Assembly (NCBI GenBank): GCA_023457535.1
Contig: JAEWLN010000169.1
Location: forward strand, 20,165 to 84,164
Reading direction: 5' to 3'
DNA from: Bacteroidota bacterium
Lineage (GTDB): Bacteria > Bacteroidota > Bacteroidia > Flavobacteriales > Flavobacteriaceae
DNA length: 64,000 nt
This document shows positions 20,201 to 30,014 of this stretch, piece after piece. The stretch's first letter is position 1. Each line of letters opens with the position of its first letter. The notes under the pieces are model-generated. The model saw only the letters and a list, made by a program, of their open reading frames with translations. It ran no database searches and was not told where the DNA came from. Made by a program: the position numbers and the translations under genes.

Positions 20201-20298
20201 TGGGCGTGCGGCGGAGGTTGCCCCTGGTTAAACAAAAGCCAACGTGCCGCCGTCGGGCTGTACGCGGTGCGCGGCACCTTGCTTCCATCCCTCACGCA
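20201..20298 (+). repeat. Flavo-1-like element, copy 2
   Basis: tgggcgtg...gtcgggctgtacgc...gcttccatccctcacgc. Confidence 0.6.
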
Positions 20299-20358
20299 AG
20301 GTAGCGTGTAAAATTTAAAATTGTCTTCGTTCGACGTTCGACATTGGTCATTCGACCT

Positions 20359-20868
20359 TTAAAAAAACAACGCCTTCAACTCCGTTGCTTCGGCGGGCTT
20401 TATTTTTCCGGCCAGCACCAAACTGAGCTGTTTTCTTCTGAGCGCGGCGTCGAATCGCTCTTTTTCGAGATCGGTTTCAGGCGTCACCGGCGGCACGCTC
20501 ACCGGTCGGCCCTGCTCGTCAACGGCCACAAACGAATAGATCGCCTCGTTCGCCTTGGCGCGCACCCCTGATTCGCGGTCCTCGATCCACACATCGATAA
20601 AAATTTCCATCGACGTATTGAAACTGCGCGATACTTTGGCTTCGATCGTCACTACGCTGCCGAGGGCGATCGATCGGTTGAACGCGACGTGATTGACCGA
20701 CGCCGTCACCACAATACGCCGCGAATGGCGTCTTGCAGCAATACTGGCGGCGCGGTCCATGCGCGCGAGCAGTTCACCTCCAAATAGGTTGTTGAGCGGA
20801 TTGGTTTCGCTGGGAAGGACTAAATCTGTAAGAATGGTCAGGGATTCGGCGGGAGTTTTGGCTTGCAT
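20359..20868 (-). CDS. Acyl-CoA thioesterase (hotdog fold)
   Basis: NPLNNLFGGELLARMD, VVTASV, FVAVDEQGRP. Confidence 0.92.
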   Translation of the reverse strand: MQAKTPAESLTILTDLVLPSETNPLNNLFGGELLARMDRAASIAARRHSRRIVVTASVNHVAFNRSIALGSVVTIEAKVSRSFNTSMEIFIDVWIEDRESGVRAKANEAIYSFVAVDEQGRPVSVPPVTPETDLEKERFDAALRRKQLSLVLAGKIKPAEATELKALFF

Positions 20869-20943
20869 GTGTGGTGTTTTGTGCAAAGGTAAGGCAACCC
20901 GGCGGCAAAAAAAAATGACCCGAAGGCCATTGTGTTTGATGCG

Positions 20944-21882
20944 TTACAGCGATTTGATCATTAGCCACGCGTCTTTATTGGTCGAATCCTGGATTTGCTT
21001 CATTGCCTGTTGTGCCTCTGCATAAGTAGCGTAACTGCCGTAAAGCACCGGGAAATTTCCATGTCGGTTGGCTTTGATGCGGCGCGCTTTGAATCCTGCC
21101 GCTACGAGATCGGTGTAAGCTTTTTGCGCATTTTCATCGCTGCGGAACACACCTGCCACGATGTGATACGATAATTTTTCTTCTTTGACGACGAGTTTTA
21201 CGGCCGGAATCGGGCTTTCGATCATGAACGTGGCCTGTTGGATGCGATCCTGGACTTTTTTCTGTACGTTGGTCTCTACAATTAGCGTTTGCTCGGCCAC
21301 GTGATCCCGGAACAACTTAAATCCTATCGTGCCAGCCACGCCCAAGGCGAGTACGAATACTGCCGCATATTTAAGATACGAACGGCTTTCGCGTTTTTCA
21401 GGCGTGATGGCCAGCGTCGGAACCTCTTCTTCAAGGACCTCCACTTCTTTTTTGTATTGCTCGCGTTTGATCGCCGGCGACACAAATGAATTGAGTCCGA
21501 ACGATTCTTTAAGGTAATTAATGTTTTCAGAAGGTGTGAAAACCACTTTCTTTTCACTGTTGAGCGACAGTTCGCCTACATTCTTCAGGGTAAAGCGCTC
21601 GTTGACCTGCAAGATGCTGTTCCATATCACCACTTCGCTGTCAATAGACGCCACCGCGTTTTCATACGTGGTTTTTTCGGCCTGTGCGATGTGGTTGGCG
21701 AGCAACCCGTCATTGTTCTTTAACTGGGCGTTGAACGAAACCACTTTCTTGGGCGGATAGAACGAATGCGTATTTTCGTGCAGGTGCGCGGACTGGATTT
21801 CAGTCAAAAACGCGCCAAAACCCGGGACGGTTACACATTGGTGCCGGTATAAAAGCTGTGAAATGTATTGTTCAATCTTCAT
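20944..21882 (-). CDS. HU-like N-terminal domain + TM + SPOR domain protein
   Basis: ISQLLYRHQCVTVPGFGAF N-terminus; YHIVAGVFRSDENA SPOR motif; DAWL. Confidence 0.85.
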   Translation of the reverse strand: MKIEQYISQLLYRHQCVTVPGFGAFLTEIQSAHLHENTHSFYPPKKVVSFNAQLKNNDGLLANHIAQAEKTTYENAVASIDSEVVIWNSILQVNERFTLKNVGELSLNSEKKVVFTPSENINYLKESFGLNSFVSPAIKREQYKKEVEVLEEEVPTLAITPEKRESRSYLKYAAVFVLALGVAGTIGFKLFRDHVAEQTLIVETNVQKKVQDRIQQATFMIESPIPAVKLVVKEEKLSYHIVAGVFRSDENAQKAYTDLVAAGFKARRIKANRHGNFPVLYGSYATYAEAQQAMKQIQDSTNKDAWLMIKSL

Positions 21883-21984
21883 AGAAACAAAGTTATTGAA
21901 TGTGCTAACAATCCAAAATTTTATTCACAATTTTTATCAACAATCCCGATAAAAATTTATAGTTTTAAGGTTCAACGATTTACT

Positions 21985-23085
21985 ATGCGCCACGAAGATT
22001 TATTTTATGTATTAGCCTTGCTAAGAGTAGACGGCGTGGGCGATGTTGTCGCCAAGAAGCTGCTCTCTCATTTTGGTTCGGGCCATTCGGTGTTCCAGGC
22101 CAAACCAGCGGAACTTGCCGCGGCCGGCGTTGCCAGGAACGTCATCAACGGGCTCAGGTCCCCTCAAAAAGCGTTTACCTATGCGCAGTCCGAACTGCGG
22201 TTCATCGAAAAGAACCAAATCCGGTTCTGTGCGTTCGACGATGAGCACTATCCGGACCGGCTCAGGCATTGCCAGGACGGACCGGTGTTGCTATTCGGAT
22301 CGGGCCATATCAACTGGGCAAACCGCCGCGTGATCAGCATTGTCGGGACGCGCAATATTACGGCGTATGGTGTCGAGGTGTGCCGTTCACTGATTGCCGA
22401 TCTTGCGCCGCTGGATCCCATTATTGTCAGCGGATTCGCCTACGGGGTAGACATTGCCGCGCATCTGGCTGCCGTAGATCACGGCCTGCAAACCATCGGC
22501 GTGGTCGCGCATGGTCTTAACCAGATTTATCCGCAGCGCCACCAAAAATATGTAGGGCAAGTGGAAGCCAATGGTGGTTTTTTGACCGAATTCTGGAGCG
22601 ATTCGTATCCGGCGCCGGAGAATTTTGTGCGCCGTAACCGAATTGTAGCAGGACTATCGGAGGCGACCATTGTGGTTGAGTCTGCCGATAAAGGCGGATC
22701 GCTGATCACTGCAAACATCGCCAATGATTACAACCGCGAGGTGTTTGCCGTGCCGGGCCGCACGTCGGACAAATACAGTCAGGGCTGCAACCGTTTGATC
22801 AAAACCCAGCGCGCGCATTGTTTGACCAGTGCCGCAGATTTGGTCTACGTACTCAATTGGGACCTGCAACCCAAAGCCAAACCCGTGCAAAAACAACTGT
22901 TTGTCTCGCTGGATCCGGACGAGCAGCCCGTCTATGATTTTCTCGTTCACAACGGCAAAGAATTGCTCGATGTGATTGCGTTACAATGTCAGTTGCCCAT
23001 ACACCGGCTCTCCGGGTTGTTGCTCAACATGGAGCTTAAAGGTGTGGTGCGGCCATTGCCTGGCAAAATCTTCGAAGCGGTTTAG
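21985..23085 (+). CDS. dprA: DNA processing protein DprA
   Basis: IVGTR, VSGFAYGVD, RRNRIVAGLS, GSLITA, VFAVPG; C-terminal winged helix. Confidence 0.95.
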   Translation: MRHEDLFYVLALLRVDGVGDVVAKKLLSHFGSGHSVFQAKPAELAAAGVARNVINGLRSPQKAFTYAQSELRFIEKNQIRFCAFDDEHYPDRLRHCQDGPVLLFGSGHINWANRRVISIVGTRNITAYGVEVCRSLIADLAPLDPIIVSGFAYGVDIAAHLAAVDHGLQTIGVVAHGLNQIYPQRHQKYVGQVEANGGFLTEFWSDSYPAPENFVRRNRIVAGLSEATIVVESADKGGSLITANIANDYNREVFAVPGRTSDKYSQGCNRLIKTQRAHCLTSAADLVYVLNWDLQPKAKPVQKQLFVSLDPDEQPVYDFLVHNGKELLDVIALQCQLPIHRLSGLLLNMELKGVVRPLPGKIFEAV

Positions 23086-24066
23086 TTATCCCAGAAAACC
23101 GAGTTTTTCGCGCACGCGGGACAATACGCCATCGGCTACGGCAGCCGCTTTTTGTGCCCCTTGCAGCAATGCATGCTCTACTTCGTCCGGGTGGTCCATG
23201 TAATGGGTGTATTTTTCGCGCTGGGTTTTGAATTTGGAAACGATCAGTTCGAACAATTCCTGTTTGGCGTGGCCGTAACCAAAATCGCGGTGGACGTTTT
23301 CGTATTTTTTAGCCAATGAGGCTGTTTGCTCAGGATCGGCGAGCAATTGATAGATCGCGAATATTTTGCACGTGTCGGGATTTTTGGGTTCTTCGAGCGG
23401 CGTGCTGTCGGTTTCGATCGACATGACCTGTTTGCGCAGCGCCTTGTCGTCGAGGAAAATATTGATGATGTTATTGGCCGATTTGCTCATCTTGCCGCCG
23501 TTGGTACCCGGAACGAGCATCGTATCCTGTTCGGTGAACGGTTCGGGCAACACAAAGGTCTCACCCATCTGATTGTTGAAGCGCGCCGCCACATCGCGGG
23601 TAATCTCGATGTGCTGCAGCTGGTCTTTCCCAACGGGCACAAAGTCAATGTCATACAGCAATATGTCTGCGGCCATCAGCATCGGATAGGTGAACAATCC
23701 GGCATTGACATCGGACAAACGATCCGACTTGTCCTTGAACGAATGGGCGAGCGTAAGTCGTTGGAACGGGAAAAAGCAGCTCAGGTACCAGGACAATTCA
23801 GCGGTTTGCGGCACGTCCGATTGCCGGTAAAAAACTACTTTGTCAATGTCAAGTCCAAAGGCAAGCCATGTTGCGGCCACGCTCAATGTATTGTGGCGCA
23901 GTTGCGCGCCGTCTTTGATTTGCGTGATCGAATGCAGGTCGGCGATAAACAAATAGGTTTCGTTTTCGGTTTTTTTCGACAGTTCGATGGCCGGGATGAT
24001 CGCCCCGAGCAAGTTGCCAAGGTGTGGCGTGCCGGTGCTCTGGATGCCTGTTAAAATGCGTGACAT
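23086..24066 (-). CDS. trpS: Tryptophan-tRNA ligase
   Basis: TGIQSTGTPHLGN, YPMLMAADIL, VPVGKDQ, KMSKS; real start MSRIL at 24066. Confidence 0.97.
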   Translation of the reverse strand: MSRILTGIQSTGTPHLGNLLGAIIPAIELSKKTENETYLFIADLHSITQIKDGAQLRHNTLSVAATWLAFGLDIDKVVFYRQSDVPQTAELSWYLSCFFPFQRLTLAHSFKDKSDRLSDVNAGLFTYPMLMAADILLYDIDFVPVGKDQLQHIEITRDVAARFNNQMGETFVLPEPFTEQDTMLVPGTNGGKMSKSANNIINIFLDDKALRKQVMSIETDSTPLEEPKNPDTCKIFAIYQLLADPEQTASLAKKYENVHRDFGYGHAKQELFELIVSKFKTQREKYTHYMDHPDEVEHALLQGAQKAAAVADGVLSRVREKLGFLG

Positions 24067-24165
24067 AGTAATTTTTTGATTTGCAAATATAAAAAGAATA
24101 CCGTTTTGAATCTTAACAAATGCGCGGATGATGCTATTTGAGCGCGATTCCGTACTTTTGAAAAC

Positions 24166-24921
24166 ATGAAATTCCTGAAATACCTTTTTTGGCTTTTGTG
24201 GCGCATCTGGTTTTACGTCCTTATGGCCGTGCCGATCTTGGTAATGTTGCCGTTTCTGGTGCTGTCGATCGCCAAGGAGAAATGGTACCCGTATTTCTTT
24301 GTTATGGCGCGTATCTGGGCCAAAGTCATTTTGTTCGGAATGGGATTTTACTACCGCGTGGAGCGCGAGCAAACCCCCGAGCCCGGAAAGAGTTACATGT
24401 TTGTGGCCAACCACACCTCGATGACGGACATCATGCTGATGCTTGCCATCGTGCGCAATCCGTTTGTATTTGTCGGAAAAAAGGAACTGGCCAAAATCCC
24501 GTTGTTTGGATTTTTTTACAAACGCACCTGTATTCTGGTGGACCGCAAAAGCTCCAAAAGCAGGATGGAAGTGTTCAATCGCGCCGAAAAACGGCTTAAG
24601 CAAGGATTGAGCATCTGCATTTTTCCGGAAGGCGGTGTGCCCGACGATGAATCGGTTGAACTCGATGCGTTCAAAGACGGCGCATTCCGACTGGCCATCG
24701 AGCACCACATCCCGATCGTTCCCATGACATTGCCCGACAATAAAAAGCGGTTTTCGTACACTTTTATGAGCGGAAGTCCCGGATTGATGCGCGCCAAAGT
24801 CCACGCTTTTGTGCAAACGCAAGGGCTGTCCGACGACAAAAAAACCATCAAAGACGTCAAAGACCAGGTACGCGCGGTAATTTACCACCAGTTGCTGCGG
24901 TTCAAAAAAAAGAGCGCCTGA
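24166..24921 (+). CDS. Lysophospholipid acyltransferase (PlsC-like)
   Basis: NHTSMTD and FPEG motifs. Confidence 0.9.
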   Translation: MKFLKYLFWLLWRIWFYVLMAVPILVMLPFLVLSIAKEKWYPYFFVMARIWAKVILFGMGFYYRVEREQTPEPGKSYMFVANHTSMTDIMLMLAIVRNPFVFVGKKELAKIPLFGFFYKRTCILVDRKSSKSRMEVFNRAEKRLKQGLSICIFPEGGVPDDESVELDAFKDGAFRLAIEHHIPIVPMTLPDNKKRFSYTFMSGSPGLMRAKVHAFVQTQGLSDDKKTIKDVKDQVRAVIYHQLLRFKKKSA

Positions 24922-24935
24922 TCGAGCGCTCTTTC
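24904..24935. terminator. Probable bidirectional terminator
   Basis: A-tract, agagcgc-ctgatcga-gcgctct, T-rich tail, between convergent genes. Confidence 0.55.
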
Positions 24936-24979
24936 TCGTCATTGCCCTTGGGCAGCGACACCTAACAAATCCTAACTAT

Positions 24980-26704
24980 CTAGAAACGGAAGCTTACTCC
25001 CGTGTAAAGACCAAAAAAATACGGTTTAAAATCGCCACTGTCCTTGCTGAACGTGTTGATCTGGTATTTGAAGATCGGTTCAAAATTGGCTTCGAACGAT
25101 TTTAAAAACCGGTAACGAACCCCAAGCCCGATGTTGGAACTGAAATGCGTTTGGTTGAGGTTGCTCGCTTTTCCGAGATCGGTTTTGAGCCCGTCCGACG
25201 TGAGCAAAATCTCGTTGTCACTTAAAAACAACGTACTGACCCCCGCAATTACATTGACGCCAAATTTCTTGTCGACCAATGCATAGGATAACTCGACCGG
25301 CACTTCGATATAGCCCATTTTCTGGTTGATCGTCCCTGTGAACCGATCGGTTTCGAGTTCGCCCGTTGCCTGCACCAATTGCGTCCTGCCCGCTTCGTTG
25401 CCGCGTGCTGCCTGATGCCGCGCAAAGTTGAGCGTTTCATTGCCCGCAGGCATCTCTACGTTTTTGAGTCCGCCGTTGTTCAGCGAGGCGAATAATTCGA
25501 CATCGTTTGTGTCATAGCTCAGCGATACTTTGTTGACGCCGGTGCGCACGGTCAGTCGCTTGTTGATGGCGTAATTCACGCCAATGCCGTAGCTTACCTG
25601 GGTTTGGTAATCTTTGGATTTCCCTGCGAAGGTAGAATCGATCGGAGAACCTGCCGACGTAGACCCGAAGTAAATAGGGGCAATATTCGAAGTGACTTGC
25701 CACCTATTTAATTGGGGTGCTGTGGTAACCTTTTTTTCTTTTTCTTTTAGCAATTCTTCCAACGCATTAGGCACGGCGGCAACAGCCGTCGAATCTAATT
25801 TTTTTTGATCTTCCGCAGCGGCGACAGTATTGATGATGTCAGTTGTGTGGTTGGTCAGCTCCGTTTTTTGATTGCCCTCGGCCTGTTTGCCTGTGCCGTG
25901 GGTTGTCGCCGCCTCAGAAGATTTATGGGTATGTTCAACAATGGCTTTTTCCGCAGATGGATGGGCCGTGATTTGATTGTTTGCGCGCGTCGCCTTTGCA
26001 TTTTCGTGGGCTACAGCGCTGTTGTTTACCGGTTCCAGCGCAGATTTTTTACCCGATTTATCCGGTTTTGTCCCCTCATTTTCGCGCCCGATTTGACTTC
26101 CGGCAATGACTCCGCGCGCGGTTTGTGGGTCTAATGTTCGGTCGCGTTTGTTTTGGCCGTTTGCCGGGCGGTTCTTTTGTACGAGAACTACACGTCCGGA
26201 TCTATTTTCTACAGCCGATGAATTGCCCGATGTCGCACCCGACCTTATGGATTCACCCGATGCGTTGGCGCGTTTATCTGCAGAGACGCCGGAGTGTGCC
26301 GATCCGGTTTGTACGACCGCCCGGTTTGCGTCTGTTGAAATTTGCGGTGAATTTGGCGGCGCGATCGGCGAAATGGTATCGGTTTGAACGACCGGATTTG
26401 CGATTGTTGGTGGATTTGTGCCCACTTGGGTCGTATCGTGGTCGGCATTCGTTTGATTATCGACCACTTCTGCACCTTTGGGCAACGCTTTGTCGCCAAA
26501 CCATCCCGCCCGATTGCCCACCACCATCCCGATGACGAGTGCTGCGGCTACGCCTGCAAATTGCCACCAGATGGGAACGGCTTTGCGGTTTTTGTTCTTT
26601 TTGAGCCGCCGTTCGAGTTCGGCCCAGGTATGCTCAGGCGGATTCACCTCGAAATCCTTGAACTGCTCCTGGAACAGCTTGTCTATATTTTTTCTCTCGC
26701 TCAT
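24980..26704 (-). CDS. Putative anti-sigma factor: N-terminal cytoplasmic helix + TM + disordered linker + outer-membrane beta-barrel
   Basis: IDKLFQEQFKDFEVNPPEHTW, TM segment, low-complexity linker, YIEVPVELSY strands and terminal Phe (GVSFRF); overlaps the ECF stop codon. Confidence 0.75.
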   Translation of the reverse strand: MSERKNIDKLFQEQFKDFEVNPPEHTWAELERRLKKNKNRKAVPIWWQFAGVAAALVIGMVVGNRAGWFGDKALPKGAEVVDNQTNADHDTTQVGTNPPTIANPVVQTDTISPIAPPNSPQISTDANRAVVQTGSAHSGVSADKRANASGESIRSGATSGNSSAVENRSGRVVLVQKNRPANGQNKRDRTLDPQTARGVIAGSQIGRENEGTKPDKSGKKSALEPVNNSAVAHENAKATRANNQITAHPSAEKAIVEHTHKSSEAATTHGTGKQAEGNQKTELTNHTTDIINTVAAAEDQKKLDSTAVAAVPNALEELLKEKEKKVTTAPQLNRWQVTSNIAPIYFGSTSAGSPIDSTFAGKSKDYQTQVSYGIGVNYAINKRLTVRTGVNKVSLSYDTNDVELFASLNNGGLKNVEMPAGNETLNFARHQAARGNEAGRTQLVQATGELETDRFTGTINQKMGYIEVPVELSYALVDKKFGVNVIAGVSTLFLSDNEILLTSDGLKTDLGKASNLNQTHFSSNIGLGVRYRFLKSFEANFEPIFKYQINTFSKDSGDFKPYFFGLYTGVSFRF

Positions 26705-27243
26705 TTTGCGGATAATGAATTCGTTGTGTGCAATGCTTCTATTTTGTCTTTGAGGATCGCCCGCGCGCGCGACAGGTTTGATTTGGATGTTCCGGTTGTA
26801 ATTCCCAGCATCTCGGCAATCTCCTTGTGCGCATAATTGTCGATCACATACAGGTTGAACACGAGCCGGTAGCGGTCGGGGAGTTCCTGGATCAGGCCCA
26901 GCAGGTAATCCATCGATAAATTGTTATCGTCTATTTCGACGATTTCCTCATCGGCGATGTCTTCCGTGATCAGGCGAAGCGAATGGTCTTTTCTGTACAC
27001 CTGCAAACAATTGTTGACCATCACGCGTTTGGCCCAGCCTTCGAACGAACCCGCAAATGCAAATTGGCCTATCTTATTGAATATCAACATAAATCCATCC
27101 TGCAAATTGTCCTGTGCTTCTTCGTAATTGCGCGAATACTTAAGGCATACGGCGAAAAGCTTAGACGAAAACAGTCTAAACAATTGCTCTTGTGCCTTGA
27201 TATTCTTGTTCTGGCAATCTAAAATAAGCTGCTCTAGATTCAA
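26701..27243 (-). CDS. ECF RNA polymerase sigma factor
   Basis: AQDNLQDGF, GSFEGW, LPDRYRLVFNL, EIAEMLGITTGTSKSNLSRAR. Confidence 0.95.
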   Translation of the reverse strand: MNLEQLILDCQNKNIKAQEQLFRLFSSKLFAVCLKYSRNYEEAQDNLQDGFMLIFNKIGQFAFAGSFEGWAKRVMVNNCLQVYRKDHSLRLITEDIADEEIVEIDDNNLSMDYLLGLIQELPDRYRLVFNLYVIDNYAHKEIAEMLGITTGTSKSNLSRARAILKDKIEALHTTNSLSAK

Positions 27244-27267
27244 CGGTTGGGTTAGTTTTTTATCAAA

Positions 27268-27720
27268 TTACTCGTATACGGGAACAATTACATCATAATA
27301 AGAATCCTGGCCATCGGTGTCTTTTCCTGTCCATATCTTAAACGTATAAACAGATCCGGGTGGCGCCGTGGCTTTAAACTGGTAACTGGTCACTTGTGGT
27401 TCAGGCGCCGGTTGTGCATTGGCGGCACCGTAATCGATGACTTTGCAATCGGGTCTTTGATAGACTACCGTTTGTATGGCGACGGTTTTGGTCGTGCCGC
27501 TACCTTCAAAAAAAATACCTTTGTAAGCGTGACAAGTGGTGGGCATTTTGTAGACCATCTCAAAATCGTAGGTTTCGCCCGATGTCATGGAATAGGGCAT
27601 GTGGCAACGCGCGATCGGGATAACTTCATAGTGTACTTCCGGCTGGCTGTCATTGTCCGGGCTGCACGAGATCAGCACAAAAACGGCCAGTAAAAGAAGC
27701 GGGATTTTTTTCATTTTCAT
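27268..27720 (-). CDS. Hypothetical lipoprotein
   Basis: MKMKKIPLLLLAVFVLISC lipobox; YTFKIWTGKD motif; first gene of the ECF operon. Confidence 0.8.
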   Translation of the reverse strand: MKMKKIPLLLLAVFVLISCSPDNDSQPEVHYEVIPIARCHMPYSMTSGETYDFEMVYKMPTTCHAYKGIFFEGSGTTKTVAIQTVVYQRPDCKVIDYGAANAQPAPEPQVTSYQFKATAPPGSVYTFKIWTGKDTDGQDSYYDVIVPVYE

Positions 27721-27737
27721 TTTTTTAATTGCTGGGT

Positions 27738-27763
27738 AGATAGAACGGTTTCTGAAAGGTTGC
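27738..27763 (-). promoter_or_regulatory. Candidate ECF-dependent promoter (GCAACC-N15-TATCT)
   Basis: AAC-containing -35 and TCT -10 just upstream of the lipoprotein-sigma-antisigma operon; inferred. Confidence 0.35.
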
Positions 27764-27773
27764 GTAGGGGTAT

Positions 27774-27798
27774 AAAAAAACCCGAAAAAATTTCGGGT
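27774..27798 (-). terminator. recA terminator
   Basis: acccgaaa...tttcgggt hairpin followed by a U-tract on the minus strand. Confidence 0.75.
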
Positions 27799-27805
27799 CG
27801 TTGTA

Positions 27806-28810
27806 TTATTCGCTGCGTTCCTTGATACGGTCTTTGATGCGTTGTTCAAGTTCGTCGGCCAATTCAGGATTGTCCTTGATCATGGTTTTGACGGCATCGC
27901 GGCCTTGTCCAAGCTTGGTGTCGCCGTAGCTGAACCACGATCCGGATTTTTTGATGATCTCAAACTCTACCGCCAAATCCAGGATCTCACCGGTTTTGGA
28001 AACGCCTTCCCCGTACATGATGTCAAATTCGGCCGTTTTAAAAGGAGGAGCCACCTTGTTTTTGACCACTTTGACTTTGGTCCTGTTTCCAATGACGTTA
28101 TCGCCTTCCTTGATTTGCGACGACCGGCGGATATCCAAGCGCACCGATGCATAGAATTTCAGCGCATTACCGCCTGTGGTCGTTTCCGGATTGCCAAACA
28201 TGACCCCGATTTTCTCGCGCAACTGGTTGATAAAAAACACCGTACAATTGGTCTTGCTGATCGTTCCGGTGAGTTTTCTAAGCGCCTGCGACATAAGCCT
28301 GGCGTGCAATCCCATTTTCGAATCGCCCATTTCGCCTTCAATTTCGCTCTTTGGTGTCAGCGCCGCCACAGAGTCGATCACCACAATGTCGATCGCCCCG
28401 GAACGGATCAGGTTTTCGGCAATTTCCAACGCCTGTTCGCCATTGTCTGGCTGCGATATGATGAGGTTTTCGATGTCTACGTCCAGTTTTTCGGCATAAT
28501 TGCGGTCAAATGCGTGCTCGGCGTCGATGAACGCGGCAATGCCACCTGCTTTTTGTGCTTCTGAAATGGCGTGGAGCGTCAGGGTGGTCTTACCCGATGA
28601 TTCCGGGCCAAAAATTTCAATGATACGACCTTTCGGATAGCCGTTCACGCCAAGGGCCAGATCCAGCCCGAGTGATCCCGACGAAATCGTTTCTACTTCT
28701 TCCACGGCGCGATCGCCCATTTTCATGACCGTTCCTTTGCCGTACGCTTTATCTAATTTATCAAGGGTTAATTGCAGTGCTTTTAATTTCGCTTCTTTTT
28801 CTGAACTCAT
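27806..28810 (-). CDS. recA: Recombinase RecA
   Basis: [39 protein letters not shown]. Confidence 0.99.
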   Translation of the reverse strand: MSSEKEAKLKALQLTLDKLDKAYGKGTVMKMGDRAVEEVETISSGSLGLDLALGVNGYPKGRIIEIFGPESSGKTTLTLHAISEAQKAGGIAAFIDAEHAFDRNYAEKLDVDIENLIISQPDNGEQALEIAENLIRSGAIDIVVIDSVAALTPKSEIEGEMGDSKMGLHARLMSQALRKLTGTISKTNCTVFFINQLREKIGVMFGNPETTTGGNALKFYASVRLDIRRSSQIKEGDNVIGNRTKVKVVKNKVAPPFKTAEFDIMYGEGVSKTGEILDLAVEFEIIKKSGSWFSYGDTKLGQGRDAVKTMIKDNPELADELEQRIKDRIKERSE

Positions 28811-29149
28811 TTTCCTTCGTTTTTAGTGCATAAATTTCCGTAAAAATAGTGCTTTTTCAAGCCCGATGTTTTATCTGTCCAAATACTTTTTAACATGTTT
28901 GGCGGTCCAACACCGTGGTGCTGAATTAGGAACGGCGGGGCGTAACGTCTGCGAGCAGTGGTATCTGAGAAAGCAGATGCCGCATTAATCCGTTGCCGCC
29001 CGATACCATTCCTTGTCAGGCGTGTAGAACCCGATGAACCGATTTTTTCAGCACAGCCTAAAGGGAAAGGCGGATAAAAAGTTTGTATCGGAGGGACGGC
29101 TGCGTTGCGGCTCAGGATTAAAGCCCATCGGTTATCGATTCCTACAAGA

Positions 29150-29195
29150 CAAACCTAATACATCGAATGTTGCCTCAGCGATAGATTTTCTGTAA
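29150..29195 (-). promoter_or_regulatory. TTACAG-N5 box + 21 nt + TAGGTTTG (-7) promoter
   Basis: Minus strand TTACAG-AAAAT-CTATCG, 21 nt, TAGGTTTG. Confidence 0.55.
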
Positions 29196-29269
29196 AAAAT
29201 GTTAAAATGCACCCCTTTTTCTCGGGGCACGCGGCAATAAATTCTTATTTTTGCGTCAAATTTCGAAGC

Positions 29270-30004
29270 ATGGGAAAAGTAGTATCGTATCCAATTTCAG
29301 CCATCGCATTTGTGCTGTTTTTTGTTGCGTTGCTCATTTTTCATCCCATCCAGTGGATTTGCCTCAATGTGTTTGGCTACCAGGCACATAAGAAAAGCGT
29401 CGACTGCCTTAATTTTACGCTGTTGCGCATCGGGCACCTGATCGGCAATTCTTATGAAGTAAAAGGTCGCGAACTGATCCCTGAAGGCGCTCCGATCATT
29501 TTTGCATCGAATCATCAAAGTCTATACGACATTATCTTGTTCATCTGGTTCTGTCGCAGGTGGCATCCCAAATTTGTCAGCAAGATCGAACTGGCCAAAG
29601 GCATCCCGAGTGTATCGTACAACCTGCGTCACGGCGGATCGGTCGTCATCGATCGCAAAGATCCCAAACAATCGCTGCCGGTGATCCGCAGCCTGGGCGA
29701 ATACATCGAAAAACACAACCGCTCGGCCGTCATTTTCCCTGAAGGCACGCGCAGCAAGACCGGAAAACCCAAAGAATTCGCGGCCACCGGACTTAAAATT
29801 CTGTGCAAATCGGCACCGTCGGCTTACGTCGTTCCGGTCACGATCAATAACTCTTGGAAAATTGTTAAATACGGATTTTTTCCGCTTGGTCTCGGAAATC
29901 GCCTTACCTTTACAGTGCACAAGCCCATCAAGGTAAGTGAGGTCCCGTTTGACGCGCTTTTTTCGCAAACAGAGCAAGCCATCGTTAACGGAATCCAACC
30001 CTAA
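29270..30004 (+). CDS. Lysophospholipid acyltransferase
   Basis: SNHQSLYD and IFPEGTRS motifs. Confidence 0.9.
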   Translation: MGKVVSYPISAIAFVLFFVALLIFHPIQWICLNVFGYQAHKKSVDCLNFTLLRIGHLIGNSYEVKGRELIPEGAPIIFASNHQSLYDIILFIWFCRRWHPKFVSKIELAKGIPSVSYNLRHGGSVVIDRKDPKQSLPVIRSLGEYIEKHNRSAVIFPEGTRSKTGKPKEFAATGLKILCKSAPSAYVVPVTINNSWKIVKYGFFPLGLGNRLTFTVHKPIKVSEVPFDALFSQTEQAIVNGIQP

Positions 30005-30014
30005 ATTCAAAATA

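Noticed and set aside
24067..24942. Apparent ~290-aa N-terminal extension of TrpS (618-aa ORF)
   Set aside because: It is the antisense shadow of the acyltransferase gene; TrpS homology starts at MSRILTG (24066).
29048..29053. Cys-TGA as a selenocysteine codon in the small ORF upstream of recA
   Set aside because: No evident SECIS hairpin or redox fold and no sel genes in view; chance or a nonsense mutation is more likely.
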